Origin: Bispira polyomma
Lineage: Eukaryota
Length of the DNA stretch: 64,000 nucleotides
Assembly: GCA_965649765.1 (NCBI GenBank)
Contig: OZ287752.1
Location: 13,020,001 to 13,084,000 of the forward strand
Direction: 5' to 3'
Part shown: positions 1 to 14,196 of the stretch, piece by piece
How the letters are laid out: every line of letters begins with the position of its first letter
Position numbering within the stretch: position 1 is the stretch's first letter
Position numbers and translations under genes: made by a program
Notes under the pieces: generated by a model
Told to the model about the DNA's origin: nothing
What the model saw: the letters and a program-made list of their open reading frames with translations, nothing else
The model's database searches: none

Positions 1-119
1 ATTGTAGGCCAAACCATTAAAAAAATCAAAAATGGCTGCCGACGGCCATTTTTGATTTTCAGCTCTTACAGATTTAGCCTGCATGTTGCGAGGGGCATGG
101 GGGCTAAAATTATTATTTA

Positions 120-580
120 ACCTTTATAGAAGACAAATTCACTTAGAAATGAACCTTCGCTCTCCACTGTTAGGGCAGTACTCTAAATGACCCAACTATG
201 AAGCCAATGTAATTTGTTGAGGAATGGGGGACATCAGTACTGTAGCTGGTTTATTCAGAGATTTTTATCCCAAACAGAAGGGAATTGCAGTAGTCAGTAT
301 GGCTACTTACAAGGAATTTATCCACAGTGATGGGAGTTCTCTAGTGACAAGTGATTTCTGAATCTTTTGATACCAGGAATGTGATAGTAACAAGAGCAAC
401 AAATGTTATTGATGTGTGCATCAAATGGGAAAGTGGGATCAATAGTGACACCGAGGGCTATATGTCATTGCCTAGTAGTGTAATGGGGAATAATAATCTT
501 AAGTACTTACTGTGTTTGTTGCTAACAATAAGAATAAATTTAGTTTTGTCAGGATTTAATTTCAATTTAAAGCTCATATT
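120..580 (-). mobile_element. Degenerate L2/CR1-like LINE reverse transcriptase fragment
   Basis: Minus-strand translation gives a DYCNSLLFG-like motif typical of the L2/CR1 RT C-terminal region; many stops; boundaries approximate. Confidence 0.5.
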
Positions 581-879
581 TTAATCTCATGAAACATTAG
601 TAATACAAGAAGTTTGTATAATATTTTGAAATAGTTGATAGTTTTAATAGTTTGAATAATGTAGGCACTGCAGAGACTTAGTATATTCGACTTTAATAAA
701 AATAACAATGCAGATAGTTTTATTAGCTACCACCTATGATTTGTGTAATGGTATAATACATGTGTGCTCTATTTTGCTATGGGAAATACTAAATGTTAAC
801 GATTTAGTACACAATGCCTTGTACACTTCAAATTTAGTGTATTCAGGTTCTTTAAAAACACTGTATAATTTTTTTTAAT

Positions 880-1330
880 TATTGACTGAGAATCTTTTCA
901 GCAGGTTAGATTTGACCTTTGACTCTTTCCTCAAGGTCAATTGGCTTATAACTTGCTTATTATGGGTCGTTTACATTAGGAAATAATGGCTGGGAATTTG
1001 TTCAGCAGGTAAGGTTTGACCCTCCGTCAAGATCAAATGGCTGTCTCCAATTATGTAAGGCCCTTCTTGTTTTAGGGACGTAATGTCTTGCTTGATAATG
1101 GTCCCAGAGGTTTGGTATGTGCAACCAATTAGCTGCAAATTGTAGTCTGGGAATCTTCTGAGCATGTCAAATTTAACCCGTTCTTCAAGTTCAAAAGAGT
1201 GTGTCCATACTACTTATTGGTCAACAGGTATGTGTCATAAAATTATGTTATAGAAAGTTATAGGCTTAATCTTTTTTGCAGGTTAGATTCGACCCTTGAC
1301 CTCTCCCTCAAGGTCAAATAACTGTATCCA
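880..1330. repeat. Degenerate repeats with TTGACC..CAAGGTCAA motif (invertebrate non-autonomous element/satellite-like)
   Basis: Motif recurs near 910, 1015, 1170 and 1285, and again near 3365; 580-980 is duplicated at about 3065-3500. Confidence 0.4.
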
Positions 1331-1494
1331 TACATTAAGAGCCTTATATCTTCTCTGAGTTAAAAATAGTATCTTAAAACTGGTAAAAACTATATATTAT
1401 TGAAGCTATAAATGCTTAAGAAAATTTAAAAACTTCAATATTGGCCAAAATTGTATTGCATTTTTTTAGGGGGGGGGGGGGGGGGGGAGAGGGG

Positions 1495-1800
1495 AACTTA
1501 AGGTGGCCAAGAGAATTTGAAGGGATAGGTTTTAAGTTTTTTCTAAACTCAGGAATTGTTTCCAGTGATCTAAGGTCAACTGTAAACATATTTCATAACA
1601 AAGGGGCAGCAATAGAGAAAGCTCCATATCCAGCCCTGTTGGTAGGTTTCCCTTCTTAAGTTTGCTGAGAGAAAGGCAAGCAGCAAGGTAGGAGGGATGC
1701 GGTGAGATAACACATTTGAATGTGGTTACATGGATTTAAAACAAGTAATCATTCTGAGACTGTCATTTTAAAGTTATAACCAGTGTAAAATATCTGTTTC
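1495..1800 (-). mobile_element. L2-like LINE 3' fragment
   Basis: Minus strand reads FSIAAPLL, then (after a frameshift) VDLRSLETIPEFRKNLK..WPP, homologous to the L2 end at about 28130-28260. Confidence 0.55.
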
Positions 1801-2039
1801 TACATGGTATTGACTTGGGATGTGATATGCCCTAATTTTGACCAGTGTTCACTCTATGTGGGTTGTACAATAATTAGATCACTCCAGTTAGTTGGTGACA
1901 GTTAATTCTAACACTAGAACACTACAGAATTTACTTTAAAATTATTTATAAATCATAGATGACTATGGTTATACAGATTGCTGAATTTTTTGTGAAATAT
2001 ATTTACTTAACCTGTAGAATAAATATTAAAATATGAGTC

Positions 2040-2549
2040 TCAGGACCTCAAATGATGCTTCAATAATGATGATTGGTGTTCCAAGTTAAAAACTTTCAGT
2101 GGTCTGTAGTAAGTAAACACATGACTTGAAGTAGCTAGACTAATCCGCCCAAGTTTGTTGATGTCACTTTTAGGTAAACCAGAATCAGAAACTAGGGTCA
2201 TTAAATTTCTGGGTAAGATGTAGAAAGTAGAGCCAGAATCGTAAGGACTTTCATAGTGAGTACTCACTGATACTTCTGCATATATTACTGACCTTTATGT
2301 TGATGTAGAGTGATTAAGCATATTTGTTTCTGCAATGAATACACATATGTGCACTTGTTAATGTGTGAGTAATATTGATCAGTTAAGACAATATATGTTA
2401 TAATCTTTACCAATCTTAAAATTTCTAATAAAAACACTAATAAATGAAACCACTATAGACATTATTAGATGAACCATAAATTATAGGTTATTATATATTA
2501 ATTACTCACCACTGAAAAGTGTATACCAAAACAGCCATTGGACCATCAT
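2040..2549 (-). pseudogene. IgSF receptor copy A' (signal exon plus truncated, degenerate Ig1)
   Basis: Signal exon 2510-2549 (MMVQWLFWYTLFS, donor GTGAGT). Ig1 remnant about 2040-2296 has acceptor CAG>CAT and Cys>Ser. It joins directly to sequence matching the 3' flank of copy B (1850-2040 vs 14940-15190). Confidence 0.8.
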
Positions 2550-5500
2550 ATTTACTTGTTAAGATATTATAGAAAATTATTCATATTATTAGCATACATA
2601 CGTCAATGTTCCTCGATGTGTGTGGTACATGTATTATGTTATATGTGGAACAAATAAGGAAATTATCCATGATCCAGGGCGCCTTTATGTCAATAGGAAT
2701 ATAAGGAGGGCAACTAATATACTTGACTGCCTGATATCTAAACATATGTGTATATATTCTGTGTTTACAATACAATAGTCTATTTCTTACAGAAATTAAA
2801 GAACGAAACCACATTTTTTGTTTCCCCTTTGCAAATATTAACAGTTTAGATTTTGCAAAAAAAACTTTACTTTTTAATATTATTACTTTTTATATTATTA
2901 ATACTCTTTATTACTGAGGATGAGAAGTGATCATCCATTTTGATTGTTAGGGTTCTGAGAGCCAGATAAGATCTAATGCAATCAAGACAGTTTTATTTAG
3001 TCCAAACTAGTGTTTTAGGGCATAAAACATAAATCGGTCCATATCTAAAGGAATAGTCTTTAAATTATTTAATCTCATGAAACATTAGTAATACAAGAAG
3101 TTTGTAATAATAGTGAAGACACTGCAGATAAATAAATGTTCAGCTTCAATAAAAGTAACAATGAAGAAAGTTTTATTTGCTACCACCTATGATTTGTATA
3201 ATGATGTCATACATGTGTGCACTATTCAGCTGTTAGAAATAGTAAAAGGTTGACAACTTAGCACACACATGCCTTGTGCACTTCAAATTTAGTGTATTCA
3301 GGTTCGTTGAAAACATTGTAAATTTCTTTTTCAATTATGGACTGAGAATCTTTTTAGCAGGTTAGATTTGGCCTTTGATTCTTCCCTCAAGGTCAAGTGG
3401 CTTATAAATTGCTCATTATGGGTCATTCCCATTAGAAAAACATTTAAGATTTGACCCTCCATCAAGATAAAATGACTGTCTCCAATAATGTAAGGCCCTT
3501 AGAAAAAAATTATACAACAAAGTATGCAGATTATGAATCACAAATGTAATCTAATCTAATAAATTTAGTCATAGCACTTAATCTAAAAAAAGTCAGTAAA
3601 ATTTCACTAAAAGTAGGATTTAAATAAAATTTAGTAAACTATAAGGATGATACAACCAGTGTTAATATTGTCAGATTAATAAACTGGCCATTTCAATCCA
3701 TCACAGTTCTTTACTTTTGTATTAATATACTCAAAGCCCTGGACAGCTATAAATGGCTTAATGTCATTTATAGACAGGGTACACAGTAGACTCCAGTCCA
3801 GTTATTAATTAGGTACATGCAATATGTTATCACAAAAATGTTTCTCACATCGAAGTATTTAAAGTTCCTTTCATTTAGTACATACACAACTTAAGTTTTG
3901 TTCTTCTATACATCTGTAGGTTTCATGCAGCAGATCCTCAGTTTATGGTTACATATGTCACTTGCTGCAATGACAATGTTATACACATTTAAAGTATCTG
4001 AATAAAAAGTTAAGTTAAAATCAATTCAAACTATTCTTTGCACAGGACGTTATGACATTTGGATATAGTTATTTTAGGAGTATCAATTATTTAATGGCCA
4101 TACCTTTAAATCTGCATACTCAGCTGGTGGTGTTGGTTCTTCCGGTTTTTCATCTCATAGTTGCCGATTCCATGTGTAGATGTTACATTCTCATATGTTG
4201 TTGGACTTTGATTCTTAAAAATATGTCAAAATTAAATAACAACATGTCATTGCATTACATTGCATAAAGTCGTGTCAGCAATTTGGTTCTGGCTCCTTCT
4301 CAACAAAACAGTCAGTATAATTAGGGCAACTGTGAGTAAACCAACCATGATAGACAGGGCTGCTATTCCTGCTATTAGCCTGGTGTCTTTCCTTATAACA
4401 AAGATCTTCAGAAGGGGCTGAAAAAGGAAATTAAAATAAAGCTTACAATTCTAAACAAAAATCTGCAAGTACCAAGTGGAAAGGTAAAAACAAATGTCCA
4501 AGATCACAACTACAAATGATAACAATTACAGTCAGGGGTCAAAACTGTTGACCATATGTACCTGAAAAGGTTCCTGGTCACATCTTGGGTTTTTAAATTC
4601 CAAGACCCTTTTTTTCTAGATACAATCACAAAACATTTAAAAGATGCAAACAGAATAGACATTACATAAGTTCTAAAAAATTTAATTTATATTTGACTCT
4701 TGCGAAACATACCTCTATCCAATAACTCCAGTGAAAAACTAACAGGCTGTTGAATACCATTAGTCACAGTAACTGTATACTCTGTGTAGTCTTCTATTTG
4801 TACAGTATTTATCACAAGTTGTGAAATAAATATTTTTTTTTTTTTGAATTTACACCATCAGTAATACGTGATGCACCCATTTTGCTCCAGATAAAAGCTG
4901 CTTCAAGGTCAATGATTTCCGGAAAAGCTCTCACTGTGACATTAAGAGTGACTTGTTGACTTAGTCCAGCATAGAAAACTAAATCATCAGTGACAAGGAG
5001 TGGTGGATCTGAAGGTAGAAAAATATAAATCTAGTACAGGAAATTGTAAAAACAATCTGTATCTCTTCTTTTTTACTTCCACTGCATTCCCTGCAGTACA
5101 TCTACATAATTACTCGCAATATACAGCAATCTGTTTATCTCCTGTATCACTCCCCACTGTATTCCCTGCAGTACGCTTATAAGTCCCTGCATCAGTGTAC
5201 ACTGTACTCTCTATCACCAGTTCTATGTTCTCATGCTGGTCTGGTAGAGCCTGAGATGTGGCATCTTCATATTTAGATTCAAACTCCCATAACTGGCTGG
5301 TGATTTCCTCAGGGTTACCAACCTCAATGTTACAGTTAATAACAAGCTCTGATCCTTCTTCTATGGTGTCTGATGCACTTTGAGCTGATACGTCCGGAGG
5401 ATCTGAAACACAGAAGTAACATTTGATTAAAAAAACATTTAATTACATATCAAATATAGTAATGATAACATTTGAAATGATGAGGTTAGAATTTCTCAAA

Positions 5501-5555
5501 ATATAGATAATAGAATTTTTTCTGGCATTTAATGGCATTTTAATCTATAACTTAC

Positions 5556-5852
5556 ATCCAACATCCAGTGTTACTGTATCCCTCACTGTTGACTGCCCAG
5601 TAACATAACACTTCGCAACTTTGTTGTTCAATGTTCTGTCCACTGTCACTTCCAACACACTTCTCCTTGTCTTTGTATTACACATCCCCACCTCTTCACT
5701 GTCACTAGTAGAACTGACACTGTTCTCTCCTACAGTCCACTCCACATCCGCAGTTGGTTCAGCCTCATTAGTCACACAGGTGATGGTCACTACTGTGCTC
5801 TCAGAGACTAGATCAGAGGGAAACTCGGTCATTGTGATATTGGAGGCTTGAA
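5556..5852 (-). CDS. Ig domain exon (Ig5, copy A), open frame
   Basis: VTITCVT..VEW..AKCYV Ig signature; AG/GT boundaries; phase 1-1; 297 nt. Confidence 0.75.
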
Positions 5853-6897
5853 CTGTTAGATATAAAGAACTTAAAAACATGTTTTCTAGTGAACTTCATT
5901 GTCCATTCTTAAACCTGCTATTTCTGATTGATTTATGCTGAACAAAGTAAAATATATTTGAAATTCATATCTCATACAACAACAGTACTTTTTAAGAGTA
6001 CCTTATTGCGAAACATATTGTGACCAATACACGAGTATGAGGCCACTAAATTTAATTGTGATATACACTATTCAAAACTCAAAGGATCAGTTTATGGATG
6101 ACATTCCCTGTGCTTTAAAAAATTTTCAAAATATATTGACCCAGCCTTATTTATAACGACAGTTTTAGTAATTGAGAAGAGAATAGTTACTTAAGTTGAA
6201 CATAATATAACAGAATGTAACTTTTTATACAAATTTGTCAGACATCACATATAATGTTCATAAATCGAGAATGAAGAACACTAATATGTAAAAGCTCCAT
6301 GTTTCTCCTTATGGAGTTAGATCAGGTGATGAAGTACTTGTTTTGACCAGCGAATACAATACCGCTAATGATAAATGGAATATACTGTCAAAAATGAATC
6401 GTAGTCAGAGATGTGGAAAATTTCTCTAAAATTACAGAGCATGTAGATGAGTGTAAACAATTTTGGTGAAATTAACATTTGATTTATTTGTGAAGGGTTT
6501 CTTATGGTTTTGGATTGTATGTACCTATTAAGAAAAGTACAAACAGTGTTTTGGTTGTGTTCCAACTGTAATACCAGATGAGATTCTCGAAACCACTGTA
6601 AGACTTTTGCTGGTGCATTTGAATGTCTTGCTTACATATATCATAGCAATCTCAATGAAAACCTCATTGAAAACTTTAATGCACATTTAGGGATTGTGAA
6701 ATTTACACAACTTTGTTAAGTGCTATTGTGCTCAATATTTTCGTAAGACTTTTAATTCAAGGGCGTTGCAAAATATCTTAACAATTAAATTAACTTTGTG
6801 TAATTAATGACATTTCTACAATCATTTTAGTTGTCATTAATGTATAAAATTTATAATTCATTGTTTAGGTACTGAATAATGTAAGACTGTTACTCAC

Positions 6898-7191
6898 ATT
6901 TGACAGTGTAATATTTTGTGTCTGATTCTATAAAGTAGCTCAGTTTGTCTGTGTCTGAAGAAGTAGCTGTACAGTAACACAAGAGTCTATTGATTTCCCT
7001 CTCCATTGTTATTGTCTGTACCAAATTGTTCCTCACAGACTCTCCCACTTGTACTGTGTCTGTACCCTCTTCTCTGTACAAACTGATTACAGGTCCAGGG
7101 TTTCCATCTGCTGTACACGTCAACTCTCGTGTGTCTCCTTCTTCTGGGTCTGGACTGGAGTTCGCAGTGATTGTTACTGTGTCTGGTGAAT
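6898..7191 (-). CDS. Ig domain exon (Ig4, copy A), open frame
   Basis: ELTCTADGNPGP..CYCTA; AG/GT boundaries; 294 nt. Confidence 0.75.
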
Positions 7192-7432
7192 CTAAAAGTT
7201 TAAACCAATACACCTATTTACTGTTTGTGATAGAAAACCGAACACCAGCAAATAAATTAAATTTCTAGCATGAATATTAAACAGAACACTATGGTATGCT
7301 TATGAACATAAAGACAATATTACATCAGGAAAACATCTCATAACAGTTTATGGTAAAAAAATCAAATCACACTCATTCAGTCAGTCTGAAATTCATGTTT
7401 TACTGTATAATATTTTAACAGACCAAACTTAC

Positions 7433-7726
7433 ACAATACTCTAATTGTCAGCCTTTCAGATTCCACATCAAATGTCCACCCTGAGTACAGATTATTGTCA
7501 TCAGCTCTACAGTATAACTGGGCACCATTATCATCCTTGTCAACAGTAAGTTGGTACTCAACTATTTTGGCTGTCACCTGTTTTAGATGTGTAGCTACTC
7601 CCTGTCTGTACAACCTCAGTCTACCTACAGGATTACTCTCTACTTTACAGGTCAAGGTCAACAGGGTATTCTTGTTCACTGTTGAAGATGGTGAGACTTG
7701 CGGTTTACTCAGTGATGATGGTATAT
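7433..7726 (-). CDS. Ig domain exon (Ig3, copy A), open frame
   Basis: LTLTCKVESNP..DDNGAQLYCRA; AG/GT boundaries; 294 nt. Confidence 0.75.
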
Positions 7727-10387
7727 CTAAAATATATATATGCAATAAAAACCCCTTTTAGTAGAACTCTATCAAGTCAATTGGCCTTATTTATTTATTC
7801 TTTACGTTTACATATTTTTAACATGGAATTTCTCTGAAACTAAGGTTATCTAACTTACCTTACTAACAGTGACATTTACTAATAAGTTAATCTATATGAA
7901 AAGCTTATACTTCTTAACATTGAACATACATTTGTACAAACACATATATATTGCTGAATGGTACAGGTAACAGAAGTCGATATGTACTTAAACAGTCCAA
8001 CCCCTTTAACTCAGAAGGACCAGGAGTAACATAAACAAATAAATTGATCAACAATAAACCATCATGCCTGTGAAGAGCTCCTTTAGACGGTACTACTTTA
8101 CTTTTGTGGCCTTATATTCAAGGTATGAGTAAGATATTTGTATTTTGTTTCATACAAATAATATAAAATGACATATATTTAATAATGTACTGTACATTTT
8201 AAGTGTGATATCGATATTTATTTTTGGAAAAGGAATCACATTACTCACTTGTAAACATAAAGGTGTTTTGGTTTTTTGTTTATAAAATAACATAATAAAA
8301 AAGGCTTTTCTGTCAGAGTGGTTTTCAAATGGTGTGACATTAAACAGAATAATTCTTATATGGCTGTCTAATGACTTTATAGCAAATTAATAACAGTTTT
8401 TTCAATTTATTGGGATATCCACTTAAGAATCATTTTAAAGTTTCCATCAGTATATAGACCACAAATTAAATTTTCTAGATGAAGTATCATTTATTGCAGA
8501 TGCATTGTGTGTTTATGTTACTAAACCCTTAAGCATAAATTACCACTTAAATTTCCAGGGTAGATTTCAACATAAAAGGATATTGGTTTAAGAGAGTCGT
8601 ACTTAAAGGGTTTTGACTGTATATACAAAAAAAAACTACCACTTCTATACTTACAGTACAAATCCAATGTTTCAGTGTTTGATGTTTTCACTACTTTTAT
8701 TGGTCTTTCACCCCAAGTCAGTTCACACTGTACTCCTTGACCTTGCTGACCATGGTTAAAGTTCAGTGTCTGTGTATAAGTCACTGTATGAGTCAGTCCA
8801 TTACTTTCCTCACTCTCTGTCTCAACACCTCCACTGTAGTACCCACTGCCTACTTGTACTCTGAAGTCTGTCTACTCTTTACCTGGATAGATGGAGGACA
8901 CTCTACACTTGATAGATTTGGGTACACCCTCAATTACATTACCTATGGTAGTGAGGCTCACAGAATCCGGGGCATCTAGAAGTATAAAAAAAGTAAATAT
9001 GTTAACCATTATAACCATGTTTTAACAAACAGATGTAATGATTGATAACTGTATTTAAATGAGAACAAGCTTTAGCAAATGATAAATTAGGTGGTTATAT
9101 TTTGTTTAACTCTCAAAAAAAATTTAAGAAATCATTTAGATTTGGTATTTATAAATATAGGCACAATTGTAAGTTAACTTGGTTTAAAAACTAAATAAAA
9201 AAATATCTTCCTTGGGTGGTAGTATCTTTCAGTGCTGATATTATGTATAGTCAGTCTATGTGACGTGTCTGTGTAAGTCCAAGTCACATCTCTGTTTTGA
9301 AAGGACCTCGTTACAGTTCGTTACCAGGCACAACTGCTTTAGAGAAAAGTAACACTTCATTGTTTGTCTGACTGTTGTACCAACTGATATCATACAATTC
9401 ATCTTCACTGAGTCCATGTTCACATACAAGAGTAATACTCTCATCATTCAGCACATAGTAGGTAGACCCATCTCTGTAGTCTGATTCATAGTGGGTTGTC
9501 AGACTGATTTCAGCAAAAATGACAGATAGTAGAGACAAAACTGCAAATATGAATTTCAAATATTTCAGGCTGATACAAATTTATACTGAACTGAGCCAAT
9601 TAAAATGAGTTGTTCCGAGAAACTTTGTTTGCTAATAAATATATATAAGGCATAATTTGTTACAATAAATGTGTTCCTGGAATGTCCATATTTTTGTTTC
9701 AGCTGAAATGTGTTTAATGTTTAGATATGTTAATGTTTGACAAGAACCACACATTTCATACAATTTTCTATGTTAGGAAGTGTGGCTATTATTAAGTTTG
9801 TGACTGGTTTATACAATTATTAAATATATACTTTATTTAAATTGAAATCTAGAATAATAAATTAGCATCTGTAAAAGTGTCACACATGTTTAATTTTAAA
9901 AAATGTGTTTGTGTGAATGGGTTTCCTTTTGTATAAAGTATGAAGTTAGCTAAATAAAAGTTGAATAAATAAACCATGAATTTACAAGTAAATCTATAAT
10001 TGCACTGAAAACATGTACTCACTTATTGAAATTATGTATTGATAATCTCCACACATTTTTGCTATGAATCCATTACCAATATATAACTCATATAATACCT
10101 TTAAACATATGTATATTTCTTGTACAACAAGTACTTCCTTGTATGCATTATATACAGGAAAATCTTTGTGGGTCGAGTGTCATGTGATTTCTCTATTCAA
10201 AAAAGGGTTTTTGAAATACAGTATATTTACAATGCCCTTGTGTAACGGCATAATAAACGTCCTATTTTATTATGCAATAGGTTTAAAAAAAAAGCACATG
10301 TGTCAATACCACTTGGAAAAGCGGTCTACGTAACTTTTTAATATTGTGATTTAATACAGTTTTTAAGGAATATTTTATGATATTGTA

Positions 10388-10490
10388 CACCTCTGTGTGG
10401 GTTCGCCTCCCACAAGTGACAAATGCTCTGGGCCTGTCCTAATATGACCCTAGGTGTTGAACAGGACGTAAAACTCTGAACTTTGACTTT
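10388..10490 (+). mobile_element. SINE fragment
   Basis: B-box-like GGGTTCGCCTCCC and 3' segment CCTAATATGACC..GGACGTAAAAC resembling the SINE end at 27370-27415. Confidence 0.45.
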
Positions 10491-11369
10491 ATAACATTTA
10501 TGATACTTGTGCTTGCATTTAAATAGTCCATTCTATGTTGACTACTGCTTGTCAGAATTACTAGTTTATCAATGTCTTTCCATGTGAGTGATGTACTTCA
10601 CTCCACTACACGTTACTGTGAGGACTGCCATAAACGGGCCATAAATCTCATTTCTGTGCCATAGCTGGACAGATAGTATCGCACCTTAACCATGTCATAA
10701 ACATGAACTATGAAGGTAGTTTGTGTTTGCATTGTCACTGGTTAACATTTACCTGTGACCTGTCTTGTGTCAAATGTCGTCTGATTTTGGTTATTTCTCT
10801 ATCAGTGTTCCTTAAGTTTTGAAAATCTTTACACCACAGGGTCGAAGTTCTAAAATTTTTGTAATTTCCTGATCAGCCAAAACTTCTTTCAAGGTTAGAA
10901 CCAAGGGCCTTGGACAACCCCGCCTAGCAGGGGTAAGTCCAGCCTCTCAGCGCCCTTATTCTACTCTGGCACCCCAGTGGTTTGCTCAGTGGAGGGATAA
11001 AAGCAGCCTGGACCCCGCCCCCACACGGCCCAAGGTTTAACCAACCCAGATCTAACTGGGCCCTTATTCTTAGTGTTATATCGTGAATCAGTCTATTTCT
11101 AGCTGTGGTAAGGGAGGTGGTGGGATGCTTAAAATATTTTCTGATGCTTTCATGTCATTCAATATGGGGTCCCTCAAAAAGCGGGAATAAAGCTACAGGA
11201 GGAATAATCTGATTGGTCAGTCTATGGATGGACAGAACTTGCTTAGCATAGCTGTGTGTAATTCACACATTTAAGGTAGAGGTACAATAATTGCTATGAG
11301 GACTGAAGCAGTAGTACCTTAAAGTATCCTACTAGTCACAGTCCCCATGCTTGTAAGTCAATTAATTAT

Positions 11370-12150
11370 TAAAATAGAAGTCCCTTGATACTTTTGGGCG
11401 ATTTTCCGTGAATCGCCCAATTGACTAGATACAGTCACAGACCCCTTGCAGTTAATACACTCTAGAATTGTCAATATCTGTCAGATTTGAATCATTTAAA
11501 CATTAATTGAAACCTTATGCCATATACAATCCATATATATTAGCGTTTAAAGTGTTATTTGTATAGAAACATTATAATTTATCAAAATAGAAGTCCCTTA
11601 ATACTTCTGGGCGATTTTCCGTGGGTTGCCTAATTGACTTAATACAGTGACAGAGCCCCTGCAGTGTATGTACTGAAGAACATTTGAGGCGATTTCCAGT
11701 GGAGCGCCCAATAGACTTGATACAGTGACAGAGCCCCTGCATTGAATACACTGTGATATCTTTAATAGTTGTCTGATTTTTATAATTTAAACACCAATGG
11801 AAACCTTATGTCATATACAATCCATATATATTAGTGTTTAACGTGTTACTTGTATAGAAATATTATAATTTATTAAAATAGAAGTCCCTTACTAATTCTA
11901 GGCGATTTTCTGTGGATCACCTAAAAGACCCTGCAGTATAGTATATACTCTGGAACATTTTAGGCGATTTTCCATGAATTGCCCTATCCACTTGATAAAG
12001 TGACAGAACCTCTGCATTAAATACACTGTGATATCTTTAATATTTGTCTGATTTTTATAATTTAAACACCAATTGAAACCTTATTTCATATACAATCCAT
12101 ATATATATTAGCGTTTAAATTGTTATTTGTATAGAAATATTATAATTTAT
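11370..12150. repeat. Degenerate tandem repeat (about 210-290 bp units) within an unclassified insertion
   Basis: AAAATAGAAGTCCCTT at about 11371, 11584, 11876; GAAACCTTAT..CATATACAATCCATATAT at about 11510, 11800, 12075; recurring GCGATTT. Confidence 0.7.
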
Positions 12151-12623
12151 TAAGGCCTTAGTAACGTAAACACACAAATACATCACCGATGAATCATACT
12201 GCATTTGTGCAAGTCCATTTTTGCATATAGACACACTGTGGTCGCCTTAATATAATTCTATAGTGGTGTTTTTAACTATTTTTGGTATGCCGACACAATT
12301 ATGTTTGTGTTTAGTGTAAGATATAAGTATATTGATAAAAATTCTTTGTGTATGTTCTTTGATGTACAATAAATATATATTCACCCTATTGTTTACTTAT
12401 TTCTTGTAGCATCTGTACATGGCCCTCGTTATAAGGATAACAGTGGTGCTTAAATTATCAAAATCGGTTGATAAATAACGATTTTAGGTAACTTATGTGT
12501 CATCCTCCTTTCTTTATATATATATACTATGTATATGTATCTGTTATATATATATATTTAGTGTAAGATAAAAGTATATTGATAAAAAGTCTTTGTGTAT
12601 GTTCTTTGATGTACAATAAATGT

Positions 12624-12627
<4 letters not shown>

Positions 12628-12688
<61 letters not shown>
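12628..12688. repeat. (AT)n microsatellite
   Basis: Direct observation. Confidence 0.95.
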
Positions 12689-12691
<3 letters not shown>

Positions 12692-14196
12692 GCGATTTTG
12701 AGGCGATTTTTCGTTTCTCTAGATTCTTTTACATTTATAGATGGCTAACGGTAGATGTTTACGGGAAAAAGAACGCAAAAATACAGATCGAATATGTGAT
12801 TTTATACATCAAGTGATTCCTTGCTTTGTGAACACCGATTGGATTCAAGGGAATACTTGTTCTCAAATTTGATCTGATCTTGATCCTTGTTCATGAATAC
12901 TCTCCCCCTGATCCTTGTTCCTGAATACTGTCCCCATGATGCCTGTTAACAATTCTGTTATTCCCCTACCTGTGTATGAAAACATATACTTTCGTGTAGG
13001 AATTCATGTATTATAGATATTTGATGAAATATATTTTCTCTATATATTATTTTCACATATAGGTCGACAGGTTGACAGATTTGAGATGTTATGAAATATA
13101 TAGTATATATGTAGGTTGTCAGGATGACAAGCCGATCGCCCACAGGTTGATGGGTTGACATATTTATAAAAAATTGATAATTATAGTTCCTCTATATTAT
13201 CTTCATATATAGGTTGCCATGGAGAAAAAATATTTGAAAAATATTAATGACCTGTCGACCCTTCAACCTGTAACCACAATGACCTATTAATCTGTCTATT
13301 GGTTTGTATTATATATAAATATTTGACGGAACTACTTTATTTGGTACTACTTTATAAAATGGTTGCCAGGTAAAGGAATTCTAGAATTTGGCTAAAAACT
13401 AATCTTCAAAAAAGAAGGTCATACCTGTGGTTTCGGTTATATTTATGTCTGATTCAGGTAATGTTTTTCCAGCCACTCCTTGCCACGTAAAATTTATACT
13501 GTGGTACCGCCATTTCCTTTTCCCACTCTTCTACTGTGATGACACTTCACAGCAACGTCATAAAGATGTGAATTTTGCAACTACGTCAGAGCTTATGTCA
13601 GCAAGTATGCAGTGTTTCTCACATTTCCGTCCTCATTAACATAATATATTTATCATGAAACTGACAAAAGCGGCTTCATTTTATTAGTGCCGTTTTATAC
13701 GGATCAGTCATTGCTTCATTAATCAACATGTAAATACTAAAGACGTCTTTTTTTATTACTAGCTTTTTAAACTGGCCCGTCATTGCTCCATTAAAAAATA
13801 TTTAAATGCATAGTCAATGGGGACTGGCAAAATCGCTAAATACAGCATTTTAAGATAAAATAATAATATTAAGTAATTTTAAAAAATATCTTTTACACCA
13901 GATAGATTAAATATTAGTATATATTACAGAACAGGGTTTCAATTTTTACTATTATGTTATTAATTTTCATTTTTGGAACTATGAATATGTACAATTATGT
14001 ACAGGGCCAACTATAAAGGAAACCCTGTTGAAAGGTTCTTTAACAATGGAACGTCTGTATACACAGATTATTTGTGTTCTCTATTGATTCAAGGGGTCAA
14101 TTTGGATGGAAAGATCCCATGATTCATCCTGGCTGCAGTCTGGAGAAGGTACATCACACAAGTGGGCATCTTGCACTAATGGAGTAAAATAAATTT

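Larger units (their letters stand above)
3938..10056 (-). pseudogene. IgSF (nephrin-like architecture) receptor copy A, pseudogene
   Basis: Exons: SP 10023-10056; Ig1 about 9225-9540 (divergent, stops); Ig2 8655-8975 (in-frame TAG); Ig3 7433-7726; Ig4 6898-7191; Ig5 5556-5852; Ig6 5118-5402 (Cys>Arg, GC donor); Ig7 4713-5008 (7 nt short); FN3 exons deleted; TM about 4272-4417 (frameshift, donor lost); tail 4104-4213 and 3938-3964. Confidence 0.85.

Noticed and set aside
1469-1488. Poly-G run as G-quadruplex or regulatory site
   Set aside because: Simple homopolymer beside an L2 3' end; no supporting context and prone to sequencing error.
2581-2814. Duplicated ORF MWFRSLISVRNRLL.. (also 43027-43290)
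   Set aside because: Conserved only because of the recent segmental duplication; it sits in the promoter/5' region and is not open in the paralog at about 30890-31130.
5621-7761. Plus-strand ORFs overlapping Ig exons (also 48007, 59320, 62500, 63660)
   Set aside because: Antisense shadows of the minus-strand exons.
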